Below the pieces are notes generated by a model. It saw nothing but the letters and a program-made list of their open reading frames with translations. It was not told the origin of the DNA and did not search any database. This document shows positions 33,301 through 45,473 of a stretch of DNA of 64,000 nt, in pieces. Origin of the DNA: an uncultured Planctomycetota bacterium (GTDB lineage Bacteria > Planctomycetota > Planctomycetia > Isosphaerales > Isosphaeraceae); contig CAWJTV010000047.1 of the NCBI GenBank assembly GCA_963845755.1, positions 215,998-279,997 of the forward strand, written 5' to 3'. The position numbers and the translations under genes are program-made. Within the stretch, counting starts at the first letter, position 1, and each line of letters opens with the position of its first letter.

Positions 33301-35197
33301 TGTTTGAGCTGGTCCCGCAGTCCGGCATCGGTGACCTCCGGCTGTGAATCATAGCCTGGATCTGGTCGATTCTCTTCCGCTGCTCGACCTGCTTCGACTG
33401 GACCTGCCGGTTTCCTCAAGCTGGTCACTCTGAGCCCGCAACTCCTCGGTTTGCTTCCGGATGTCCTCAGCTTGCTTGTGTAGCTCGCGCCGATCCTGGT
33501 CTCTTTGGCTTGACGGTCGAGTCGATCCGGCGAGTCCTTGCGTTGGTCGGGCGGGCGACTTCCCTTCTTCTTGGATTCAGGTGCCGGCGTTTCGCTTTCC
33601 TCATCCGGCTCGCTCTTCTCCTCTACGTCCCCACGACCGCCCTGGCGATCGCGGCCCCCGCCAGCTTTCGCCTTGGCCTGGTCGGCATCCTCGGGTTTGA
33701 TCTCGAACTTCAGGCCGTCAACGAGGACGTACTTGACCTTCGTCTTCTCGTCGGAGAACGCACCGGTCATCGCGATGACGTGCCCGACCTTGCCGGTCTC
33801 GAGGGTGCCGAGACGGCGGTCAACGCCCGCGATGATTGCGGCGTTCTTTGTCAGCGCCGTGAGGGCATCATCGGCCTTGAGACCCGCTGTGATCACCTGG
33901 CGCAGGTTGGCCGGGACGGTCTCGAGCCGGTCAACCCCGTCGGTGGCGAAGGCGAAGGAGATCCCGGCTTTGGCCAGGACCGCGGCCGTGGCCAGTTGTT
34001 CCTTCCACTGAGTCTTGCGGTGCGCCGACACGCGGATCGGTTCGTCGCGCTCCGAGGCCGCCTTCTTGCGGTATTCCGCCTCGGTGGGAACTTTTGGCTC
34101 CTCGGCCACGTTCAACCGTAGGATAACGGGGACTTTCGTCGCCTTGAGGCGGTCGACGACCTTGGCCGCCTCGCGCCCGCCGACGATCACGGCGGTCGTG
34201 CCGAACTCCTCGGCCAGGTCGAGTGCCCGGTGGATCTCGTCGCGGGTGTTGGCTTCCCACCACACGGCTAGCTTTTTCGATCGTGCGGCCTGGAGAGCCC
34301 GGAGCGCCGGGTCGAATGGCGGCAGCGCGCCGCCATATTGCTCGTGGTAGGCGTCGAGTTTCCGGAGGTGGTCGGCGTCGAGCATGGCCTGGCGAAAGTG
34401 GGCGATCGAGCCCATCAAGACGCGTGGATACGGATTCTCGACCGGACGTGGCGCCTCGCTCATGCGCCGTCGGCCTTGACCAGGTCCGGGACCGGGCTGA
34501 GGCGTCTCGGTGCGGGCTCCCGGCGCCGCCCCGGGCTCGGACGGTGGCGCGAGGTTTACGTGCAGCGCCACGGGCGCGACCACAATCGCCTCCCGGCGCG
34601 GCAGGCCGCTGAGACTCACCAGCGCACTCTGACCGGTCGCGATGGCGCCGGCCGGCGCCGAGAGCAGGTCCGTGAAACCCAGTCAACGCCGTGGTTCGAC
34701 CAGCGCGTCGTTCAGCTCGAGCGCGCCGGCAACCTCGAACTCGGGGGTGAGGCCCCGACGGTTGTCCGCCGGTGTGACGATCAGGGCGCATCAGCGATGT
34801 CGACCGGCCGACCGCGCCCGGTCGCAGACCGCTCGACCCCGGCATGCTGGCCCACTGTCGTGTACAGGTCGATGAACCCGGGATACACCACCAGGCCCTT
34901 GCCAGGGATGCTCTCGGCGTCATACGGGATCGCGACGTCCTTCTCCGGTCCGACCGCCTCGATCACACCACGGCGGACGACGATCGTCCCGGGCTCGAAC
35001 ACCTTGCCCGGTGCGGCGACCACCTTCGCCCCTTTGATCGCATACGCCACGGGGTACACCCCGGAGCCGAGTCCTCCCGGCTCGTCGGCCGCCACCAGCG
35101 ACCGCAACGCCGCCAGGCCCATCCCCACCAGGCACAACACGCCCAGTCTGATCACCAGGCTACGCCAACCAAGCCCCGCCCGTTGCGACCGACTCAT
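30349..35197 (-). CDS. Large secreted multi-domain amidohydrolase-family protein (three amidohydrolase units; several frameshifts)
   Basis: Three repeats of the beta-sandwich + PGxxD motif (PGFIDLYT, PGIIDTHSH, PGMVDAGS) and three LGxxEx GK xA C-terminal motifs; HSHCYR, QHVLEGYK in the middle unit. Confidence 0.82.
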
Positions 35198-35447
35198 GAT
35201 TTGCGTCCTCAGAGATGCCCGTTGCTCGAAACCACGGCTGTGGGAGAACGTGCCGGAGTCTGCGAACCGGCACGATCGAACTCAGATTGGGATCGGGTGC
35301 AGGGCGGCCGAGAGAGGAAGGCGACCGTCTCGCGCGACGACCGTGCCGATTTTCCAGAAGACCCGCCGATTATAATTGCGTCGCCCGACGGAATCACGGC
35401 CCCAGCGGGTTTTCCAAGAGAGAGGAAAATCGAGTCTGCGATTCTAG

Positions 35448-35535
35448 CGGAGGAGGTGGGATTCAAACCCACGGTACCGCGAAGCGGTACACCGGTTTTC
35501 GAGACCGGCCCTATCAACCACTCAGGCACCCCTCC
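35448..35535 (-). tRNA. tRNA-Ser(CGA)
   Basis: GGAGGGGTGCCTGAGTGG...CCGGT CT CGA AA ACCGG, long variable arm GTACCGCTTCGCGGTAC, GTGGGTTTGAATCCCAC, acceptor CTCCTCC-G. Confidence 0.93.
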
Positions 35536-35538
35536 GAT

Positions 35539-36930
<1,392 letters not shown>

Positions 36931-37246
36931 CTATTTTGACGGGCTTTACTGAATTAACAGACAGACCGGCAGGACGCAAGAGTCCAGTGACTCTCATCGT
37001 GAGGCTCACCGACCTGTCCTGCTTCCTTGGCTCGATTGCCCCCGACGCGACCTACAGATGCAATCAGGCACCAATTGATCGAGTCAGCGACTCTCGTCAA
37101 GAAACCTGAGAAAAAGTAGCCGGACCGTTCTTGTCCGACGCAAGAATAGTCATTACTATAAAGGCGAAGGAAGTGGACTGACTGGTCAGTCCGAAATTTC
37201 GAGAGGCGTTCAGTGGGGTGGAGAACATTTCTTGGAGCGGGCACCG

Positions 37247-37972
37247 ATGAAACGGGACTGGTCGCTGAAACCCAATTTGTTGGAATGCATGCTGGAACGG
37301 CGAATCGTGCCGGCGATCGCGAATCTGGGGGCGATCGTGCTCACGAATAATGGATACTCGCTGGTGACTCCATTTCCGGGCGCCTCGAATTCCGCCTCGG
37401 GTTCACTGGGCGCTAACAGTAGCGGCGGCTCTTCTGCAGCAGGCGTCAGTGGCGCGGCGGTCCCGACGAGCTTCTATATCACCGGGAATCGCGGGATCTC
37501 GACCTTCCTGCCGGGGAATTTCACGGGCAACCCGGCCGTCGGCCTCGGAGGGGCAACCGGTGGGTCCGGTGGTGTGGGCCTCTCGATTCAGGTCGGCTCG
37601 GGCTCCGATCAGGCAGGCACATCGGGGTCCACGACCTCGGCATCGTCGCGAACAAATCCCGCACCCGACGGCCGGAACGCACCGATCATGGCTTATATCG
37701 GCATGCCGACGACGGAAAGCGATACACCAGCGCTTTCCGCCGCCCAGACCGCGGCGAAGGCCCCAGTGCCGGCCCTACCGCCATTAGGCCAGGTGATCGC
37801 CGGCTCACCGATGGGGACTTCGACCGTCGGCATGTTTCCGAACAATCCCCTCAATCCGCAGGCAGGCGCCCCGACGTTCAAACCCGGCATGACGAGCCTG
37901 GTAAGGCCGTTGCCAGGCAGTCTCCAGATCCAGGGCGGTTTGCTCTCCCCCAGTTCGAGCCCGAGTAACTGA
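37247..37972 (+). CDS. Hypothetical Gly/Ser/Pro-rich protein with planctomycete LEPR-XLL-like N-terminal motif
   Basis: ECMLERRIVPA near the N-terminus; low-complexity remainder. Confidence 0.6.
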   Translation: MKRDWSLKPNLLECMLERRIVPAIANLGAIVLTNNGYSLVTPFPGASNSASGSLGANSSGGSSAAGVSGAAVPTSFYITGNRGISTFLPGNFTGNPAVGLGGATGGSGGVGLSIQVGSGSDQAGTSGSTTSASSRTNPAPDGRNAPIMAYIGMPTTESDTPALSAAQTAAKAPVPALPPLGQVIAGSPMGTSTVGMFPNNPLNPQAGAPTFKPGMTSLVRPLPGSLQIQGGLLSPSSSPSN

Positions 37973-38312
37973 GCGCAGGGCCCGCAACACGTGGGGCCGA
38001 CGGCTCATTTTCTCAACGAACCGTGGCGAGGGATCGTCGATCACGCCATCCCTGCGGCGGATTGTGGATCGATGCCACCCAAAAGCCCTAAAAAAGATCG
38101 TGGACGAGGCGGAAGGGCCTATCGTCAGGCGCGGGGACTTGAGTATACTATGCCACGTCGGAATACGAAGGAGCCTGCGACGTCGATCCTTCGGGACTCT
38201 ACTCTCGCCTGCCTCACTCGCCTTCCCACCGGCAGGGCCGCCCGCGTCGGCCCCGATTTGTTCAGACCCCAGTAACGCGAGAAGGGTCACCAACCTCATC
38301 TTGGAGCGGACG

Positions 38313-38672
<360 letters not shown>

Positions 38673-39118
38673 TCGTCCGTCCCTGATTTCCTCCTCGTTT
38701 TTCTTAGACGGGGCTTTCTCTTGAGGTCGGCGGCCTTCGTGCTGACGATGACCGCCGCCTTCGTTTGTCACAAGGAACGCTCACGGCGTTCGCTCCGCGC
38801 CCTGAGGTCGTCCTGCGAAATCCTTGGTGAGGCTCCCTCTGCGTGCGGGTTCACGCAGTGGGAGTAATTTTCGATCTACTTCCGTCTCACCGAAGTGGGA
38901 CCCAGTTGCAGCGTGCCGGCCTCGACGACGAGCGTCTCGATCAAGTGCATGCCATTCACGTGGTGAAGGGCCGTCTCCTGCCCATTGAGCAGGCAGACCA
39001 CATTCGCGGGATGCCGAACCTCGCACACCTTTCGGCGTTGTTCGCGCGTCGAAATCGTCGCTGCGGAAAACCAAACGGAGTTGGCAACTCCTGTCGCGTT
39101 GTGACATCTCGTCTTGCG

Positions 39119-39164
39119 AGTACACCCAATTGGATTCGAACCAGCAACCTTCGGTTCGGTAGGC
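39119..39164 (-). repeat. Degenerate copy of the tRNA-Arg(ACG) 3' half (old att scar)
   Basis: 41/46 identical to 40136-40181; contains the GGTTCGAATCC T-arm on the minus strand. Confidence 0.8.
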
Positions 39165-39339
39165 CTGTGACGATTCTGAGAAGTCTAATGGACAATAGGA
39201 TGCAATTCTTGTTCGAGTAAAGACTTCCGCACGAAACACTTCCCGGGCCTGGCTCTTGCCACTACCAGAATTTGCAGGCTTTCCGGTCGGTTACAAGGGA
39301 TTCTCGGATTAAAAATTCATATTCAGACTTATCATATCT

Positions 39340-39939
39340 TTACTTGAAGTCTTTGACGTCAATTCCGGAAAGCTTGACCATTGCTTCGCAGAGCGCTTTA
39401 TACCGCCGGTATTGGTCGTCTGGCTCAGGGTTCGTGTTGGCGTTGACCGCGTGATACCTGCCCCTCTCTACGCCCTCGACGACGTAGCCGGCACCGTCCG
39501 CGATACCGTTCGTCCATAATCTGGTTGGCATCGACCAGAACTTTGCATCATTCAAGTAACGTCTCAATTCAGCCCACTGATCTCGAGATAGCTTGATACT
39601 CTTGCGATTTACTGGCTTCCCACCCAAGTATCCGCTGCTAGCGTCGAGTAGGACCGCATAGAGAGTCGCTCCCTCGCCGGAAGCGATGACGCGAATGGCT
39701 AGCGGGCGACGGAAGCTCGGGAGCCAGGTGAAGCGATAAGCGACAGCCTTGGGATCCTTCTGGGAGAGCAACCACAGAGACGGTTCCCTCATTGCGAACA
39801 AATCCTCCGAATACCATTGGGCGAGAGAGTCATCCTCTCCGGGGTTGTCAATCACACCGTCGGGAAAGTACCTCGAGTCCCGGGGCGCAGAGAGACGTAC
39901 CCGAGAATCGATGTACCGCGATGCCGGGTGAGATGCCAC
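39340..39939 (-). CDS. Hypothetical protein between the two att scars
   Basis: 199-aa ORF with protein-like composition (YRFTWLPSF..IRV, DGAGYVVEGVERGRYH); start uncertain. Confidence 0.65.
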   Translation of the reverse strand: MASHPASRYIDSRVRLSAPRDSRYFPDGVIDNPGEDDSLAQWYSEDLFAMREPSLWLLSQKDPKAVAYRFTWLPSFRRPLAIRVIASGEGATLYAVLLDASSGYLGGKPVNRKSIKLSRDQWAELRRYLNDAKFWSMPTRLWTNGIADGAGYVVEGVERGRYHAVNANTNPEPDDQYRRYKALCEAMVKLSGIDVKDFK

Positions 39940-40135
39940 GCAGGGCCCCGAGAGCTAGGTTCGCTCATGGGGCACCTCTGATGGATGTGAATTCGAGCGC
40001 GCAATTCGGCGATCAGCTCATTCTCGGACTGACGATTGTGACGGAAACTAAGGGCAGATTTAACTTTAGGTTCCGCAACACACGAACTTCACGGACACAG
40101 GATGAGCCACGGCAGAGGAGGGATTGACTCAAGTC

Positions 40136-40181
40136 AGTACACCCGACTGGATTCGAACCAGTAACCTTCGGTTCCGTAGAC
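40136..40181 (-). repeat. tRNA-Arg(ACG) 3'-half duplication, putative att boundary of the genomic island
   Basis: Minus strand GTCT-ACG-GAACCGAAGGTTACTGGTTCGAATCCAGTCGGGTGTACT: anticodon loop, T-arm and 3' acceptor strand; no 5' half upstream. Confidence 0.85.
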
Positions 40182-40881
40182 AGCCCTGAATCATGGGGGT
40201 AAAGCCGGATAGACCCCTATGATTACAGGCATTTTAGCCGTTCAGGGACGGTTTGCAAGGCCTCTCGTACTGACCCCAGAAATTGCGTGAAAACGCGGTA
40301 TCCGGGAGCCCAATCCGGTAGGATCCGGTAGTCGATTGACGCCCACTTTTCGGGGGCTTATCTCGAGATCGATCGTCAATCGTTCGCCTTCGCGCCAGAC
40401 CCCCACGACTCAGCATGGTCCGAGACGAGCCCGAACTGAGCGAGGTCAACTCCTCTTCGAGGTGGATGCCGACGCGGGTTGTATCGCGCCCTGGATGGGC
40501 GGACCTCGTTCGAGACCGCGCTCGGAATCGCTGACGGTCCCGGTCGAACGGCAGAAGTGTCAGCAAACCGGTACACCCGGCGTGGGTGATGCGACCCGGT
40601 CGGAGGCGGAGAACTCGGGCGCGACGCAACCCCGAAGTCGCCGGGCGCGGACACGCCTCGGACATCGTGTCCGGGCCGACTGGCGAGGCCGCCGAGTATT
40701 AGGCCACCACCCTTGTCGCACGGTCCGCTCAAGCCTTGTCCGCGAACCAGACGACTGGCCGTTGGAGGCCAAGGCTGCCCCATGGCGTCGCCGGCCGCTC
40801 GGAAGTTCGACATGCGCGCCTTACGACTGACATCGTCCATCGGCAGCCGAGACGTTCGGGACGACAAGAAGGATCAGGACG

Positions 40882-42066
40882 ATGAAAACGACGCACGCGG
40901 ACCCGAAGTGCGGACCGAAGTCCGTGGCGGAGGCGGTCGAAATTGAGAACGAAGTCGGGGTCGAGCGGGGCACCGCCGGGCTCCCGACCACCTTCGTGGC
41001 CAGACAGGGGCCTGGGCGGCCGACGATCGAACGGCTGGCCGACGTCGTCGGCTCGCCGGGGCTATTGCAACAGGGCCAACCGGCCCGGCCACCTCAGTCG
41101 CTTGGCTCAAGGCTGCGGTCGCGACGTCCTCGTGGCCGACGTCTTGGGGGCCGTCGTCACACTTGAGTATGAGAGCGGTGCCGGACGCCTCAAGAATACG
41201 ATCCGTTTCTACGGCTGCCCGGCCAAGGAGACACTGGCCGGGAAGTCCTTTGTTGCCGCGGCCGGCTTGGTCCACGTCGAGGACGTCGCCCGGCTCGAGG
41301 CACCCGGCGTCCAGGCCAACGCCCATTCGCCGGACACGCGGGCGCGGATCGCGTTCGGCCTCGATTTCTAGGGCCACGCCGCCCAAGCGGCCGACAACCT
41401 CGGAGTGGACCTCAACGCCTCCGACGTCCTCGAGCTGTTCATCCAGGGGCTGAAGCTGCCGCGCGGGCAAGTCCCGCCGTCGGCGCCGATGCATCGCGTC
41501 AGCGCCGGTTGGAGCAACGTACCGGATATCGTCCTCCGATTACGCCAGGTCTGCCAGTTCGCCGAGGGTATAGGCCGAGTGGCGCCGTGGGAGGGCCGGT
41601 CGACGTGCCAGGGCGACCACGTACTCCAGTTCGGCCGGACACAATCAGCGACGACCAACTTCGTCGATACGCTCGACGCGCCGTTGTCGCGGAATGGCTG
41701 CTCCGGCCGCTTCATTCGCGTCGTGCACCCGGACATCGACGAGGCCACCGCGATCGTGGGTTTTTTTACCTGAACACCTTGGCCGGGGCACCGCGGTTGG
41801 ACGATAAGGTCGCCGTGTGTGTCCTGGATGATAGACGCGTCAGGGCCCCCCTCGATCCGCTCCACGCCCAAGAGCACACGTACCGGCGGTCCCTCTGCGG
41901 GGCCGACATCGAGGCCGCGGTCAACGAACAGTTCATCCGGAACGTTCGGGCCGCCATCCCGTTCGTGGGCTGGGTAGATGGTGGCTTCGAGGATTTCGTC
42001 CTCACCGAGTCGCATTCGCCCACCCCCCAAAGCGCTTACGGTCCCCTCAAATCTCCGGGGAGTTGA
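40882..42066 (+). pseudogene. Fragmented hypothetical gene
   Basis: Consecutive + strand ORF pieces (40882, 40943, 41405, 41509 frames) read as one protein-like sequence broken by shifts and an in-frame TAG at 41369. Confidence 0.4.
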
Positions 42067-42279
42067 CCAGGCCAGCGGGGGTATGGTATTCTTTTGTGCA
42101 TAGAACATTGATACCCAAACCGATCGTCGCGCGTTGACGGACCACTCGCCGCAATAGCCCCAACCTCATGGAACCCGGTGACGAATTCGACGCCGGCCAT
42201 GAGAATGAATGGCAGTCGAGCGATGTTAACGCCGAAGATCATGGAATGGCCACCTGAGCAGCCTCTGGACGCCCGCCGA

Positions 42280-42609
42280 GTGAATCTTGCCTTCGAAACG
42301 CTGACCATCCGGGCGCTCTGTGAGTGCCAGTCGAAGGCCGAACATGCGTTCGGGATCAAGGCCGCAGCCCGTCTTCGGGAGCGACTGGCTGATATCCGTG
42401 CCGCCGACTGCGTATATGATCTCGTCGCAGGCCGGCCGCGCGAGATTCAGGGAGGCCGGCATCGGCACTACGCGGTGGACCTGGCCAATGGCTACCGACT
42501 CGTTTTTTGCGCCAACCACGTCCGGATACCAGTCAACAAGATGGATCGAGTCGATTGGTCCAGGATAACCCGGGTCAGAATCCTCAAGATCGAGGTCGGC
42601 CATGGTTGA
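42280..42609 (+). CDS. HigB/RelE-like toxin (plasmid maintenance killer type)
   Basis: MNLAF...KAAARLRERLADIRAA...GRPREIQGGRHRHYAVDLANGYRLVF...IRILKIE pattern; overlaps the downstream antitoxin by 8 bp. Confidence 0.75.
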   Translation: MNLAFETLTIRALCECQSKAEHAFGIKAAARLRERLADIRAADCVYDLVAGRPREIQGGRHRHYAVDLANGYRLVFCANHVRIPVNKMDRVDWSRITRVRILKIEVGHG

Positions 42610-43694
42610 CGACACCCCGTTCTCGCCCGATTGGGTCTCACCGCCGGGTGCCACGATAGCCACCCTCCTGGAGGAGCGCGGCGCCACGCCCGTCGAGCTC
42701 GCTGGCTGGATAGAGCGGTGCCAGCCGACATCAAGGACCTCCTCGAAGGCCGTGCCGAGATCACCTCCGAGATGGCAAGGCGGCTCGCCCGCGCACTCGG
42801 CGCGTCTGAGGCGTTCTGGACTCGGCGCGAGTCCCAATACCGTGCGGACCTGGCCCGGCTGCACCAGGAGGCTTCGCTGCCCGAGAGCTTCAGGTGGCTG
42901 AGTGAGATCCCCGTGAAGGACATCGAGCGGTGGGGGTGGATCGAACCGCTCGCCAACCCGACGGCCGCGGTGGTGGCTTGCCTTCGGTTCTTCGGCGTGC
43001 CCAGCGTCAGGGCATGGCGAGACGTCTACAGCGACGCACTGTCCGCGGCGTACCGGACCTCACCGACCTACACGTCGGAACCGGGGGCTGTCGCCGCCTG
43101 GATTCGCCAGGGCGAGATCGCGGCAGCCTCGATTGAATGCGGCCCATGGAACCCCGAATGTCTCCGGCGCGAGCTCACTTCCCTGCGCGAATTGACCCGC
43201 GCGAAAGACCCGGAGGAATTCCTGCCCGAGCTGGTCAGCGCTGCGCAGCCTGCGGCATCGCCGTCGTCGTCCGGCGCGCGCCGAAGATGTGCCGGGCGAG
43301 CGGAGCGGTGCGCTTTCTCTCCCTGACGCGGCCGATGATTCTCCTCAGCTTCCGATACCTCTCGGACGATCAATTCTGGTTCACCTTCTTCCACGAGGCC
43401 GGTCACCTGGTGCTGCACGGTGACCGCTGCATCTTTCTGGAAGGAGACGACACACTCTCGACTGAGGAGGAAGACGAGGCCAATGCCTTCGCCGCGAATG
43501 TCCTGATCCCGCCGGAACTCCAGGCCGAGATGCTCCGACTCCCCCTCAACGGGAGGGCAGTCATGCGGTTCGTGCGCAAGGTGGGGATCTCGCCGGGCAT
43601 CGTCGTGGGCCAACTCCAGCACTACGGCTGTTTCCGGCGGAACCAGTTGAACAACCTCAAGCGGCGGTACACATGGGTGGAAGACGGACAGTGA
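42602..43694 (+). CDS. HigA-type HTH antitoxin fused to ImmA/IrrE metallopeptidase (two frameshifts)
   Basis: SPPGATIATLLEERG..HTH..ITSEMARRLARALG..FW; AWIRQGE; ASGAVRF, DDQFWFTFFHEAGHLVLH (HExxH), EDEANAFA, ISPGIVVGQLQH. Confidence 0.85.
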
Positions 43695-43698
43695 AGCG

Positions 43699-44640
43699 TT
43701 AGCCGCTGAACCGGCTGAATTTGCCTGGGCACTTCTGCCAGTTGCAGAGCGAGTCCTCCAGCACCTGCATCCCCAGGCTCAGCCGTTCCTCCAACTGCAC
43801 CAGCCATGTGTCGAGTTGCCGGGGCGTGGCGCGGCCGGAGGTCGGGCTCCCGAGTAACAAGAGGCGGGCTCCACTGAGGGGGCCGGTCGCGCCGATCATG
43901 TAGGTGGATCCCGGTTCGATGGGCGCCAGGCCGAGTTTCCCGATCATCGTCAGATAGTCAAACCGCGCCAGCCGGCCGAACGAGGCGACTGCCCTCATCG
44001 AGCGGTAGAGCGCGTCAAAGGCACGACGGCCATCGCCGGTGGACGCCACAGCGTCTCGGAAGAGGTCCGCATGGGTTCTGGGCGAGCCAACCCAGGCGAC
44101 GTAGCTCACCACCGCCTCGCCTGTGCCCTTAGGCTTGTGAGCGTCGAGACTCTGGTATTTGCGGTGATTCCCAAAGCGGCGGACGCCACAACCGTACTTC
44201 AGCACATTCTGATTGACCGCGAGCCATGCGCGGTAGCCTTCTGGATCGGCACTGGTCCGGGCCCAATCCCATCGGTTCGGGCCGCCGAGGGCGCCGTAGA
44301 CGTCGCGGATGAACCGCCATTCGGACTCCTTGCTTCAGCCGAAATGCACCCAGAGGAAGACGAGCCAGCAGGCCTCGTCATGTTGCCCTCGACGAGCGTG
44401 GAGAGCCGCCGCTTTGATCGGGTAGAACCGATCGCTCGCTGGGTCGGCCCGATTGTCGCTGATGTCGCGCTCCAAGACGCGGGCGACGTAGCGGACGCGA
44501 TGGATGCTCGCCATCACCTGCTTGATGAACGCCTCTCGGTTCGCCGGCGCCTGGATGCCGGGGAGCGGATGGACCGTCTCGTGGAACGTCCCCAGGGCCG
44601 CGTCGATCCGGCTGACTTCCGCTACGTCTCTGGGACTCAC
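43699..44640 (-). CDS. aGPT-Pplase clade 3-like (alpha-helical HhH-glycosylase fold) protein, with in-frame TGA at 44335-44337
   Basis: ORFs 44335..44640 and 43699..44205 are in the same frame; EACWLVFLWVHFG, FGNHRKY, FGRLARFDYL, ATGPLSGARLL, MQVLEDSLCNWQK; family assigned from recalled motifs. Confidence 0.7.
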
Positions 44641-45450
44641 TCGAGCACCTCACTCACCACGTGCGTGATCCAATCGCGTATCGCGTCCTTCACCTCCGAG
44701 GTGACGCCATAACTGCTCTGGAGGTTGTGGTTGAATCCGAGTACGAGCACGGGACGGCGGAGGTCTACGCCAGCCAGCCGGCATACCGTCCCGCGATACG
44801 CGAAGCCGGCGACGCCCGTCCCGGCCCGCCTCGGCAGGGTCCACCCGTCCATCGCCACGCGCTCCAAGGCTGTGCCCGCTGCCCGTTGCAGGCTCTCGAT
44901 GACCGTTCTGCCGTTGACGATGATCAGGCGGATGGGCGAGTCGCGCAGCAGCGAGCCGAGCGTGTCGCCCGCCATGTCCCGGAGTGCCGAGCGCCGATGC
45001 GGCGCCAGGTCCGTCCACTTGCGCCTGGTCGCATAGGGGATCAGGTCGAGGTGGCACGCGCCGGCGAACATGCCGTAGTACGAAGCCCTGGTCCCGGCGA
45101 TGAGCAGATCCAGGCTCCGAAACCAATCGTTGTAAGGGTTGCGGGTGAAGTATCGTCGGCAGCTATCCTCGATCAGCTCGATGTGCCCGGCATCCGCGTC
45201 GGACCATCGCGCGAGCCCCAGCGACCTCAGGGTGTGGAGACGCCGCGCCGCCCCCTGCAGTTCGTTTCCCTCCTCGTTCGACGAATTCGCGATTGCTCGG
45301 GTTCAGGCCGAGCGTCGCCACGAGTGAAGTTGACGGGTCCCCGAACGCGGGCGCCGGGCAACTCCATGGGATCATGTCGGTCGTCGCGGCGGAGGGGGAA
45401 TCCATATGTCGGATTAGTTGTGAGAGCATCTCGATCATCGTGCGGGCCAT
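44637..45450 (-). CDS. Uracil-DNA glycosylase superfamily-like protein (frameshift near 45280)
   Basis: FGDP..VATLGLNPSNREF (UDG motif A-like GxNP), YF..NPYNDWF, HLDLIPYAT, IRLIIVNG, LGFNHN (motif B-like); stop overlaps the next gene (GTGA). Confidence 0.6.
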
Positions 45451-45473
45451 GCTGTTGGACTAATTCGAGGCGG

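Noticed and set aside
39119..40181. Two functional tRNA genes
   Set aside because: Both lack the 5' acceptor strand and D-arm.
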